A stretch of DNA of 64,000 bases, taken from positions 68,014,001 to 68,078,000 of the forward strand of contig OZ024747.1 in assembly GCA_964016885.1 (NCBI GenBank). The letters run 5' to 3'. The position numbers and the translations under genes were made by a program. This DNA is from Eledone cirrhosa. Its lineage: Eukaryota. Below the pieces are notes generated by a model. It saw only the letters and a list, made by a program, of their open reading frames with translations, was not told the origin of the DNA and searched no databases. This document shows positions 13,065 through 24,556 of the stretch, one piece after another (position 1 is the stretch's first letter; each line of letters opens with the position of its first letter).

Positions 13065-13248
13065 ATTGCAGTTGTTGCTGCAGTTACAATTTCTGTTGCT
13101 GATGTTGTTATTGTTGTTTCTGTTTTTGATACTGCTGGTTTTGCCATTGCTGCTGTTATTAATGTTGTTGATGTTGTTATTACTGCTGTCATCCTTTTTT
13201 TTTTGTAGTTTTGTTTTTATTGTTATTTCTGTTGTTGTTATTACTTCT

Positions 13249-13304
<56 letters not shown>

Positions 13305-13320
13305 GGTTGCTGCTGTTGTA
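13065..13320. repeat. Degenerate (TTG)n and (GTA)n trinucleotide tracts
   Basis: Directly visible. Explains the poly-L/poly-V ORF 12886-13332. Confidence 0.9.
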
Positions 13321-13646
13321 CAAAGTCTTTAGCTATTTTGTATTTATTCTGTCTTCATCTGTTTCTCCTTTCATGTCAGGTGGAACAATAAGTAGTTAGA
13401 TCTGGTAAAAAAAACAAATGCATATTTACTTACACACATATTCACATTACACACACATATATAAATATATATATATACACACACACATATACATACATAT
13501 ATAGATACAAGCAAGACACGATCATCTGATCACAATGGGACAATTCGTCTATCCCATGCTAGTGTGGAAAATGGACATTAAACGATAATGATGATTATAT
13601 ATAAATATACATATATATATATATGATTATATATGATTATATATAA

Positions 13647-13683
<37 letters not shown>

Positions 13684-13732
13684 TGTAGTTAGTATTTTTT
13701 TCACCTTAGCGATTTTGGTCCATTGCAATTTG

Positions 13733-13768
<36 letters not shown>

Positions 13769-13821
13769 TGTGTTCGTTTTTTCCTTTTTGTTCAGTTATA
13801 TATATATATATATATATATAT

Positions 13822-13857
<36 letters not shown>

Positions 13858-14427
13858 GTTTAACGTCCGTGTTCCACGCTTGCATGGGTTTGGACGGGGG
13901 TAGTCCCACTTGAGGCAAGAGTGATTGTCTTGCTCGCATAGGACTGTCTGGCAGGTTTTCTACAGTTGGATGCCCTTCCTAACACCAACCACATTTACAG
14001 TGTGGGTCTGGGAGGTTTTTACCGTGTTGCCTACACGGCCACATTACAGCGTGGACTGTGTGTTTTTTTGTCGTGACACCTACACGATCTCATTTGTTTC
14101 GGCCTGGATGGCGCGGCACCAACATAACTTTACATAGAACGGGGTGGTGTGGATGGGGTGGGGGTGGTGGCGGGACGGGGTGTATTTTGTTAGAGATGCC
14201 TACTGGCAAGGCGGGTCTTCTCTGTTACTGAGTACCGCCAAAGGTCTCGGTCCAGTGACATTGTCTTGGAGAGGTGTAAGTGTGTGAGGTCGGAGTTTAT
14301 CAGCTCATCCCATGTTTTTCTAGGTCTGCCTATTCCGTGGCTACCGTCTATCTTTATTGCCCTGCACTTTGTTATACAGCTATCGACTTTCATGCGCATC
14401 ACGTGTCCATACCAACGCAGCCTTCTC

Positions 14428-14430
<3 letters not shown>
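13822..14430 (-). mobile_element. 5'-truncated RTE LINE (subfamily A)
   Basis: Encodes the RT C-terminal GRPRKTW motif. 3' UTR nearly matches 24570-24915. Has a (GAT)n tail and is flanked by (TA)n on both sides. Confidence 0.9.
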
Positions 14431-14463
<33 letters not shown>

Positions 14464-14582
14464 AAAAAGAAGTTGAAAATGCAGTTTGGATTCTTTAAGA
14501 AAGTTTATTTACAATAATTTATGACTTTACCAGTTTCACAAGCTTCATGATTTTCAAACGTCAAGAGAGATGGATATATATA

Positions 14583-16040
14583 TCATCATCACCGTTTTAC
14601 GTCCGTTCTTCCACGCTAGCATGGGTTAGACGGGTTGTCCTGTTGTGGGCAGTGTCTGGTCGGCTGACCATGCCTTGCTCATACAGGAACTGATCTGGCT
14701 TGATTTCTACAGCTGGATGCCCTTCCTAACACCAACCTCATTTACAGTGAGTGCTGGGTGCTTTTTCGTGGAGCCTACACGTCCACTTTACAGTGTGGGC
14801 TGGGTGCTTTTTTGCGGTGGGGGGGGGGGGGGCATATTGTTTATATGCTTCAGCATGTACCCATGGGAGGTCGGGTACCCTGTATTACTGCGTGACGCCA
14901 GAAGTCACGGTCGTGTGTCATTGACTTTGAGAGGTGTAGTTGGGTAAGGTCGGCTTTTATCACCTCATCCCAAGTCATCTTGGGTCTCCCCACTCCGCGG
15001 TTTCCATCAACTTCTAGTGCTCTGCACCTTTTTATGCAGCTGTCATCCTTCATACGCATCACATGTCCATACCAGCGTAACCGCCTCTCCTGCACGCAGC
15101 ATTTGATTCCTCTTATGCTCAGTCTCTCTCTCAATTCCTTTATGCTTTGTCGTTCACGTATATTACTGTTACACATCCATCGGAGCATGCAGGCTTCGTT
15201 TCTCTCTAATCTACGTAAGTCTTCCACCTTCAGCGCCCAGGTCTCACTACCATGCAACATCGCTGTTCGGATACACGCATCATACAGTCTGCCTTTCATT
15301 CTGAGGGAGAAGCCTTTTGCAGCTAGCAGTGGTAGTAGTTCCCTAAACTTCTTCCATCCCGTTCTTACCCTAGTTATTGTACTTTCTGAGCACCCACCTC
15401 CGTTGCTAATTCGGTCACCTAGGTAGCAGAAGCTGTCTACTGTTTCTACAGGGCCCTCCCAGAGATTGGTGGTACTTGTTTCCTGTGGCTGTTTGCTTGC
15501 TGTTTCAGCACAGCTGCTGCATGTGAATCCTACATTCTTAATTAAGCTTCCCGAGATCCCGCTACATCTCTTGTGTACCCATTGTTTGCATTTGGGGCAG
15601 AGAATGGAGTTCCTACCTACACCTTTCCTACATACTGAGCAAGGCCATTTCCCTGAGGGGATCTGGGTTCTGTTTTCTCGTCTACTTATAAGGACCTTAG
15701 TCTTTGTCATGTTGACTTTGAGGCCCTTTCTCTCTAGTCCCTGCTTCCAGGTTTGGAATTTATTCTCTAGTTCTACCATAGATTCAGCTATGAGTGCGAG
15801 GTCATCAGCATACAGGAGTTCCCATGGGCATCCGGTCTTAAACTCCTCCGTTATTGCCTGCAGGACTATGATGAACAGGAGAGGGCTAAGAACAGAGCCC
15901 TGGTGGACCCCAACCTGTACGCTAAATTCCTCGCTATACTCATTGCCAATCCTAACTTTGCTGACTGCTCCCCTATACATGGCTTGTACCGCTTTCACAA
16001 GCCATTCATCTACTCCTAGTTTTCTAAGAGCCCACCAGAT

Positions 16041-16043
<3 letters not shown>
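14583..16043 (-). mobile_element. 5'-truncated RTE LINE (subfamily B) with open RT frame
   Basis: ORF 14850-16097 contains GVHQGSVLSPLLF, LYADD, a PHD-type Cys/His cluster, RRLRWYGHV and GRPKMTW. It has a (GAT)n tail and its 5' end abuts (TA)n. Confidence 0.92.
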
Positions 16044-16083
<40 letters not shown>

Positions 16084-16425
16084 GCACATGCACACACATA
16101 TATATGATAAGTTATATATTGTAAGTATATAGAATAAAAATAACTGGAAGAAGGGTGTATATGAATTTACACATTTTTAGTATACAGACATGTATATGCC
16201 AAATATACATATCCCTGTAAATCAAAAACATGATAAACGACTTTCCCTGGGTTTCAATCTTAAGGTCCTCTTGGGGACTCTGCCCTTACGACCCTCTCAG
16301 GAATAAGAAGAAGGTCCTCTACCATATAAGACCTCATTAACAAGACAATCTAGAAAATCACAAAACACCATATACTGTGAAGTTTCACAAAATTCTGTCA
16401 TCTAGTAAACAAAAGAATATTTGAA

Positions 16426-16641
16426 TTAACCCTTTAGTATTTAAACTGGCCGTATCTGGCCAGAATTCTCTCACCTCTTTCTGTTCAAACCGGCTGTAAC
16501 TGGCCGCTCATACTGATGTTAAGGTATGGTTCTCAAAATAAATAATATCAAAATCTCATAAATTTGATATTGTGTGAGGTAAAACCTTTACCATGAAAAC
16601 ATAACAGTATATATAGAGTTATGTAAATACTAAAGGGTTAA
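16426..16641. mobile_element. piggyBac-type MITE
   Basis: TTAACCCTTTAGTATTTA ... TAAATACTAAAGGGTTAA. Confidence 0.85.
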
Positions 16642-16736
16642 CAAACCAGCTTTTTGATATTTTCTACAATATAATTACACAATGTTAAGAGTTAAATCAT
16701 TTTTACCTATATTTTTTCTCTCCTGCCTGATTACCT

Positions 16737-17162
16737 CTAGGCGTCATCTTCTCTGTCAAGATCAGAAAAAACAGGTTGAGTTTCTGTATCAGGAGAATTT
16801 GATTTCTTTATGACGTTTTCCCAAAATGAGGTCTTTGCTGCTATCCCTCCTTTTATTATAGATGCTTCTTCTGTTTCAATAGGGTCTTGTTGGTCTTGCT
16901 GGGAAACAGGAGCAGTAGCAGCAGGAGAAGGAGGAGGAGATTCTTTCCTTGGAGCTATTGGTGCCAAAGACTTCTTCGGAGACTTTACATTAATATCAAT
17001 GCCACCTGGTGGCCGTGGTGCAGGGATTGTCTTAAGGCTCGGTCGTTGTCGTTGTGTTGATTTGCCATCCAAGGAAACAGATGAGATTCCACTTAAATTT
17101 TGTTGACTTTTCAAGTTCTCCATTTGAGATTTGGATAAACTTCGAGCTGTTATACTATGAAT
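16737..17162 (-). CDS. MYRIP: MyRIP/melanophilin-like Rab effector, last coding exon
   Basis: Acceptor ttttccAG at 17164-17163. Phase-0 frame IHSITARSLSKSQMENLK...SDLDREDDA runs to TAG 16739-16737 and is in frame with exon 49214-48930. Assignment to the same gene rests on phase compatibility across a 31.8-kb intron. Confidence 0.65.
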   Translation of the reverse strand: MHSITARSLSKSQMENLKSQQNLSGISSVSLDGKSTQRQRPSLKTIPAPRPPGGIDINVKSPKKSLAPIAPRKESPPPSPAATAPVSQQDQQDPIETEEASIIKGGIAAKTSFWENVIKKSNSPDTETQPVFSDLDREDDA

Positions 17163-18550
17163 CTGGAAAATATTTCAAAGCAAAAGAAAATGTCAGATTT
17201 TCATATACATATAGATAAATATATTCTGGGCCTTGAACTCTTGATGGAGTTGTAGGGTGTTGACATGACATATGATATATTTTAAGCATGTAAACCTAGC
17301 AGAGCCCATCCTTCTCCATGCCTGAGCATGTCCAATTGCTTGTTCTTGAGAGAGAAAGAAAGAGAGGGAGGTATTGACCCCAGCATTGAAACTGGTACTT
17401 CATCAATTAACCATGACAGGATGAAAGGTAAAGTTGGCCTCTCCAGAAATTTCAATTCAAAGTGCAGAAAGCTGAAACAAATAATGTAAAGCATTCTATC
17501 TGACATTCTAACAACTCTGCTAAATATATACACACATATAAACACACATAAATATATATACCATTACATAAACACACAAATATATATATACACACACACA
17601 TACACATAAATATACATATATACCATTATATAAACACACACATACATATATATATATATTACACACACACACACCATTATACTAGTTATGGGATGATAAT
17701 TTTTAAATAAGTATTGATCTCATAGTTAACAAATATGCTGGCAGACAGGAAACACTCTTTGCAATGGTGAAAAGACAGAAGCTTTCCTGGTATGGTCATG
17801 TATCCCGTTGGTCTGACAACATCAAAGACTTGACTAGTCATAACACTGAGACCCTTCTACACATGACAGAGAATAGAGACTAGTGACAACAGCTGACTGT
17901 GAATGCATCTAAATTGGTGCTGCACCAGCTGCGAGAACATGATTGCCTTCATATTTAGAGATAAAACATATCTTTTCTTTCTATATTATATTTACACAAC
18001 AGGATGTTTTGCTCAATTCAATACTCAATCAATTTGATAAACAGAAACTACAGTAGCCTACCATCATCATCATCATTTTACATTCATTCTCCATGCTGGT
18101 ATGGGTTAGATGGGTTGTCATGTTCCGAGAGCTGATAGGTCAGATGACCTACATACATTTCCGTTTACCATGGTTTCTACAACTGGATGCTCTTCCTAAT
18201 GCCAACCACTTTATAGTGTGTACTGGATGCAGTTTATTATGGCACCAGCACTACCACATTACTGAATAAGCTATGCACTTTATTGTGACACCAACATTCC
18301 AACTTTACAGATTGGGTGGGTGCATTTTATCATACACTACCACTTTATAGAATATATATGTGTGTATGTGTCCATCCATATGCCTGTGCCAGTGTCTTGT
18401 AACTTAGCAACTCAACAAAAATAGACCATTAAAATATAAATACCTGACTTGAAAAGAAAAATATTGAATTCAATAATTTTTGACTAAATAAATAAATAAA
18501 TATCTGAACTAACACATTTATAAACACTCTATGTACACAAAAATCAAACA

Positions 18551-19213
18551 TTAATCCTTTAGCATTTAAACCGGCTGTATTTGGCCAGAATTCTCACCTC
18601 TTACTGTTCAAACTGGCCATAACTGGCCACTCATACTGATGTTAAGATATTGTTCTCAAAATAAATAATATCAAAATCTCATAGATTCGATATTATGTGA
18701 GATAATTGTGTAACAAAGCCTTTACTGCGAAAATACAATAGTATATATAGAGTATCATCATCATCATTTAATGTCTATCTTAGACAGGTTTGTCCCTTTT
18801 AGAGGCAAGTTGGGTCAGCTAACCATGTCTTGCTCATATAAGACTGTTTCTGACTGGTTTTCTATGGCTGGATGCCATTCCTAACGCCAAGCATATTTAC
18901 AGTGTGTGCTGGGTGCTTTTTGCCGTGTCTTTTACACAACCACTTTACAGAGTGGGCTGGATGGTTTGTGGTATCAACATAACACACACACATATATATA
19001 AATATATATATAGATAGATAAATAGGTATGTGTATCCCGGGTTCAAACGGGGGTAACCATAGTAAGTAAGGTACTCAATACATAGCAGAGTATAAATTTT
19101 TAATGGCTTCTACAGGACTAGAACTGTTTCATTCAAAGGAAATCACCAGGAAAGGTTTACTGGTGATTTCCTTCGAATGAAACAGTTCTAGTCCTGTAGA
19201 AGCCATTTCTCTT

Positions 19214-19245
<32 letters not shown>

Positions 19246-19431
19246 GGAAAATGTTTTTCCTTTTCCTATATATATATATAGGAAAATGTTTTTCCTATTA
19301 CCCACTCTACAACCCTAAGTATTGAGTACTCTGGTGCGTTATGGTCCACCTGGTTCCTTACCACACTTCCTTCGTTTGTTATATATATATATATATATAT
19401 ACATATATCAAGGTAAATGCTAAAGGGTTAA
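18551..19431. mobile_element. piggyBac-type MITE interrupted by nested insertions
   Basis: Left end TTAATCCTTTAGCATTTA at 18551, body to about 18753, right TIR GTAAATGCTAAAGGGTTAA at 19413-19431. The intervening sequence is RTE-tail, (TA)n and hairpin sequence. Confidence 0.7.
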
Positions 19432-19709
19432 ATCATTATAAATTTCATGATTGTAAAGAACAATATAATGTACATGAAGTTATTTGCTTTTGTTTAGTTT
19501 TTTGTATTTACTTGTAGGTTAATTCAAGTGAAAAATGAACATTCTGTGATTCTATTATTGGCAAAACAAGTTTTAATTCTAGAATTAATTTTAACTAACA
19601 ATACTACCATAATGTCATAGTCACACTGGGAATAAAATAATACATGTTGCTGGAAATAATAGATATCATAAGACCAATTGTTGCCAGACGGGGGGAGAGA
19701 TAGAGAGAG

Positions 19710-20165
19710 TGTGGTGTGGTGTGTGGTGTGGTGTGGTGTGGTGTGGTGTGGTGTGGTGTGGTGTGGTGTGGTGTGGTGTGGTGTGGTGGGGTGTGGTGTG
19801 GTGTGGTGTGGTGTGGTGTGGTGTGTGGTGTGTGGTGTGGTGTGGTGTGGTGTGGTGTGGTGTGGTGTGGTGTGGTGTGGTGTGGTGTGGTGTGGTGTGG
19901 TGTGGTGTGGTGTGGTGTGGTGTGGTGTGGTGTGGTGTGGTGTGGTGTGGTGTGGTGTGGTGTGGTGTGGTGTGGTGTGGTGTGGTGTGGTGTGGTGTGG
20001 TGTGGTGTGGTGTGGTGTGGTGTGGTGTGGTGTGGTGTGGTGTGGTGTGGTGTGGTGTGTGGTGTGGTGTGGTGTGGTGTGGTGTGGTGTGGTGTGGTGT
20101 GGTGTGGTGTGGTGTGGTGTGGTGTGGTGTGGTGTGGCGTGGCGTGGCGTGGTGTGGCGTGGCGT
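19710..20165. repeat. (GTGTG/TGTGG)n pentanucleotide satellite
   Basis: About 90 tandem copies of TGTGG. Source of the HHTTP/VVWCG ORFs. Confidence 0.97.
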
Positions 20166-20549
20166 GTGTAGTGGCATGTATATGGCATTTGATTGAGTAC
20201 ACATATATATATGCCTTAGTGCAGTTGTATGTATGTGTCTAAATGTGTGTGTGTGTGCATATATGTGGATGCATGGTTGTATGAATTTGATGGCAAGAAA
20301 CTGCAGAAATCTTCCATAAATATGTGTGTGCATGTGTACATGTATATATATGTGTGCACATGCACAAGTATATATGTGCATGTATGGGTGTATATATGTG
20401 CATGTATGGGTGTACATGTGTGTGTGTGTGTGTGTGTTCCTTTATGTCTCATAGCTTAGCACTTTGGCAAATAGTGATCAATAGAATAACAGACTGAAAT
20501 AATTGTAGGGTTCTATGTAATCAACAGAAAATCAAAGACTGAAACACAT

Positions 20550-20609
20550 TATATATATTATATAGACACACACACACACATATATATATATATAGACAGA
20601 CAGACACAC

Positions 20610-20667
<58 letters not shown>

Positions 20668-21023
20668 AACACACATAGATAAATATATACATGCATAAAT
20701 AAATATAGACATATATATATTTACACAAAAACAAAATCATATATACACATAGACATATAGTCATACACACATATATATACACACACACAAACAAACATAT
20801 ACATATATATATACACTATATATACACAAACAAACATATATACACAGACATAGTCATACACACATACGCGTACAAACATATACACATATATATACACACA
20901 CACACAAAAACAGACATATATACAGACAGTCATACACACATACGTGTACAAACATATATACACACACAAAAACAAACATATATACACATAGACAGTCATA
21001 CACACATATACGTGTACATACAC

Positions 21024-21058
<35 letters not shown>

Positions 21059-21240
21059 GTCATACATACATATGTAAAAGGATATATATATATATACACA
21101 CACACAAAAACAAACATATACACAGACATATAGTCATACACACATATACATATGTGTATGTATATACATATATATATATACATACATATACATATGTGTA
21201 TGTATATACATATATATATATATACATACATATATACACC
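20550..21240. repeat. Degenerate (CA/TA) low-complexity tract with loose subrepeats
   Basis: Recurrent ACAAACATATA..AGTCATACAC units. Confidence 0.85.
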
Positions 21241-21881
21241 CATAAGTTCACTCAACTCACTTATATTAAATATATTTTACATACATACCGCTTGCACTGT
21301 GAGACAGTTCTCTCATCTGTCAACAAGAGGTGACAATAATTTCAACATATTCCAACAGTATCACTAATACCAGCAGTACCCGTAGTGTTGATACTGTCAA
21401 GAAATGTCCAGGTTCTTTGGGGCCACACAGTAGCACTCTTTCCTCTCTTATACATGTAGTCACAATATGGAACCAAGAACAGCCGTAACCTTTCCAACCA
21501 TACAGTAACTATTGTTTTACAACTTATTTACGATTTGTTCTTTGCTCTTAGCTTTGGTGAATCTGTATTTCCCTCACATGCTTCTGTCATCCAGACACTT
21601 CAAACATTTACTGTGTAGTTTATCCTCATGGTTTAGACACCGTTATTGAAAAAAATACAATGGGTCTATTGTGATGAGTGTTTTAAATAAGACTAAGGGT
21701 TTTACTTTTGAGGTGGGTTGGATGTCCTTTGTTTTATGCTGTATCCCTAAAATAATGGGTTATAATGCTTTTTCAAGCCATGTATATGCTAGCAGAAAAA
21801 AAAAGATGATTATATATATATATATATATATATTATATACACCCACTCACACATATATACATATATAGATATATATCAATA

Positions 21882-21916
<35 letters not shown>

Positions 21917-22078
21917 ATACTTCCCATGTAACAAATTATTAACTTGATTAACAGGATAGTCATGAATATTTATACTTTGAAAGGGAGAGGAAGGAGGTGT
22001 ATTACAAGTAGAAATTGAGTGTATTCCTTGTTTTGTTTTAATACTAACTTTTAGATTCTCCACATACACTCAAGAGAT

Positions 22079-22620
22079 CAGAGGTTCTCAAAATAGACAC
22101 TACTCCCCCACCTCGGAGAGCATTGAGATGGTCCTGGGGGTGGGGGCAGGGTCGGTAGTATATTAGATATCAAATGATACATATTATATATAAATATGAA
22201 GGCGTGTGGCTGAGGGGTTAGAAAATCGGATTCGCTATCGTGAGGTCAGTTCGGTTCCTGGCCAGGCGATGCGTTATGTCCTTGAGCAAGATACTTTATT
22301 TCACATTGCTCCTACCTGGAGTTGCGACCGATAGATAGTATTAGCAACTGGAAAGACCAATGGAAACATTGTTTCCTTGGTCCAATTGGACGAAAGTCGA
22401 TCGTTAAATATATATATAAATATAGTAAATAAAAAAATATATAACACTTTTTTATACATAATATATATTATTTATTATATATAAATTAACGATTTTATTC
22501 ATTATATAATATTTTCAATTTACGGTGGATTGGCAGTATCAGTAGAGTCGGACGCCATGCTTTGTTGCATAGAGTTACGCCCCTTTACTATCTGAGTTCA
22601 AAAAAGTTTGAGAACCTCTG
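22079..22620. mobile_element. hAT-like non-autonomous element containing SINE fragments
   Basis: Perfect 14-bp TIR CAGAGGTTCTCAAA / TTTGAGAACCTCTG. Flanks CAAGAGAT / TTCTAGAT give a partial 8-bp TSD. Confidence 0.6.
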
Positions 22621-23770
22621 TTCTAGATCACTTCACTTTGAAAGTAACAGCTATGTGGTGCTTAACAGAAGAAATTCCTACACAGCAAAGCAGGACAACA
22701 ATGTGGATTCTGAGTCCATTTGATACTGCCCCTGGCTCTATGATACAGGACTGTCTATTTTAAAGTGTTTATATCATCTAAAAACCTTCCATTATAATCC
22801 TATATAAGAACCTTTAAACTCTATATTTACTATTATATTTTTGCAGTAAAGGCTTTACCTCACAATTATTTCACATAATATTGAATCTATGAGATCTTGA
22901 TATTTTTAGAACAATACCTTAACATCAGTATGAGGGGCCTGTTTTGGCCAGTTTAAAAAGAAAAAGGTGAGATAATTTTGGCTGGATACGGCTGGTTTAA
23001 ATGCTAAGGGGTTAAGTTATGTTCCAAACAACAGCTTGATGAGAAAGATATATTATAAAATCTCTTCAAATTGCCTGTAATTTCCCCTGAGTCTACAATA
23101 TAAAATAGTTTGTGTTAAAGGGATTATATTTATCTAAAACTTGTCTATCATAATTTTATGTTAGAACTTTTGTTAAGTTATGCTCCAAACATCAACTTAA
23201 TAATAAGAAAATTAGTTATATTACTAAATCCCTCCAAAATCTTGATTGATTATAAAATTCGTGAAAATCATAGGCAGTGTCTTTCATTAGAAATATAAAA
23301 ATGAATTTTATGTAAGAACTTTTGTTATGTTCCAAACTTTAGCTAAATAACAAGAAATTTAGTTATATTACTAAATCTCTCCAACTTATTTGAAAATCAT
23401 AGGAAGTGTCTTTCATTAGAAATATGCTAAGGCCAAGAAGACTTTTAGACACAGCTGTGCTCCAATTTTCATGTCTTCTTCAGAGTTCTTTCAAGATAAA
23501 AATAAACATAAACAACCACCTTAGAATACATTGATAAATAAATTCAATTTATATATAAATCAGAATGGATGCAGTATAAACTAGTTAGACTATTAATCAC
23601 CAGAGTACTCGATACCTGGGGTAGTAGGGTGGGTAATGTGAAAAAATTTGGGACCCCGATGGCTGAGCTCTTGCCATTTCAACAGCTAGATCCGAACTGC
23701 TGTTGAAATGGCAGGGGCTCATCCGTCAGGGTCCCAAATTCTTTCATATATATATATATATATATATATA

Positions 23771-24556
23771 CTAGCAGCAGTACCAAGCGTTACCTGGGTA
23801 GGTAAAATAATATCTGCTTTGATGAAAAGGTGTTGATCTTAGCGACTGCTTCTCGATGACTCATCTATGGCCACACACAGGCCATGCGGGGGAGGGTGGT
23901 GATGACCTCTATCACTGAGAAACGCTGGTGACTGACGAAGGGGCATGCTGGGGAGGGAGTTTCAAATTTGAACGAAATTGGTTGAAAAATGTGGGAGCTA
24001 GAGCCGAAAAGGTGGAAATTTTAGCGAAAAGGTGGTATTTTCGAATATTGAAGCGCCATTCCTGAACAAAAAATCCAAAATGTAAAGCCACTTTAAGACG
24101 TGAAATAATCAGATCTAGCGTACTGTAAAATTTACATAAAGTAGGTTGATTAATGTGGGAGCTAGAGCTGAAAAAGTGGAAATTTGAGTCTAAAAGTGGT
24201 ATTTTTTAATATTTAAGCGGCTGCCACGCCATCCCTGAACAACAAAGCCATTACAGGATGTGCAATGATAAATTCTATTTTGCTTTAAAATTTGAACGAA
24301 ATCGGTGGCAAAATGTGGGAACTAGAGCCAAAAATCTTATTTTTCGATACCTAAAAGAAGGTGACCCCCCCCCCCTCCTATCGATTTTTATCTGCAGAAT
24401 GATCCCGGAATAAAAAAAACGATACGCTGATATATAGAAAACACTCCCCGATGACTAATCTATGAGCCTGTAAAGTTTCATGAAAATCGGTCATAAGATG
24501 TAGGCCCCTATAGGTAATACACAGACACACACACATACTTAATTTTATATATATAT
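23771..24556 (-). mobile_element. Non-autonomous Helitron-like element
   Basis: Minus strand starts (TA)n-AAAATTAAGTATGTGTGTGTGTCTGTG and ends CCCAGGTAACGCTTGGTACTGCTG-CTAG-T (subterminal hairpin remnant plus CTAG). Three internal AATGTGGGA(G/A)CTAGAGC repeats. Confidence 0.65.

Noticed and set aside
16737-16739. A-to-I recoding of the UAG stop to extend the protein
   Set aside because: If spliced to 7948, readthrough adds only W-R-L before another stop, and no evidence of editing is visible from DNA.
19524-21367. HHTTP, VVWCG and CVY-rich ORFs
   Set aside because: Translations of pentanucleotide and dinucleotide repeats.
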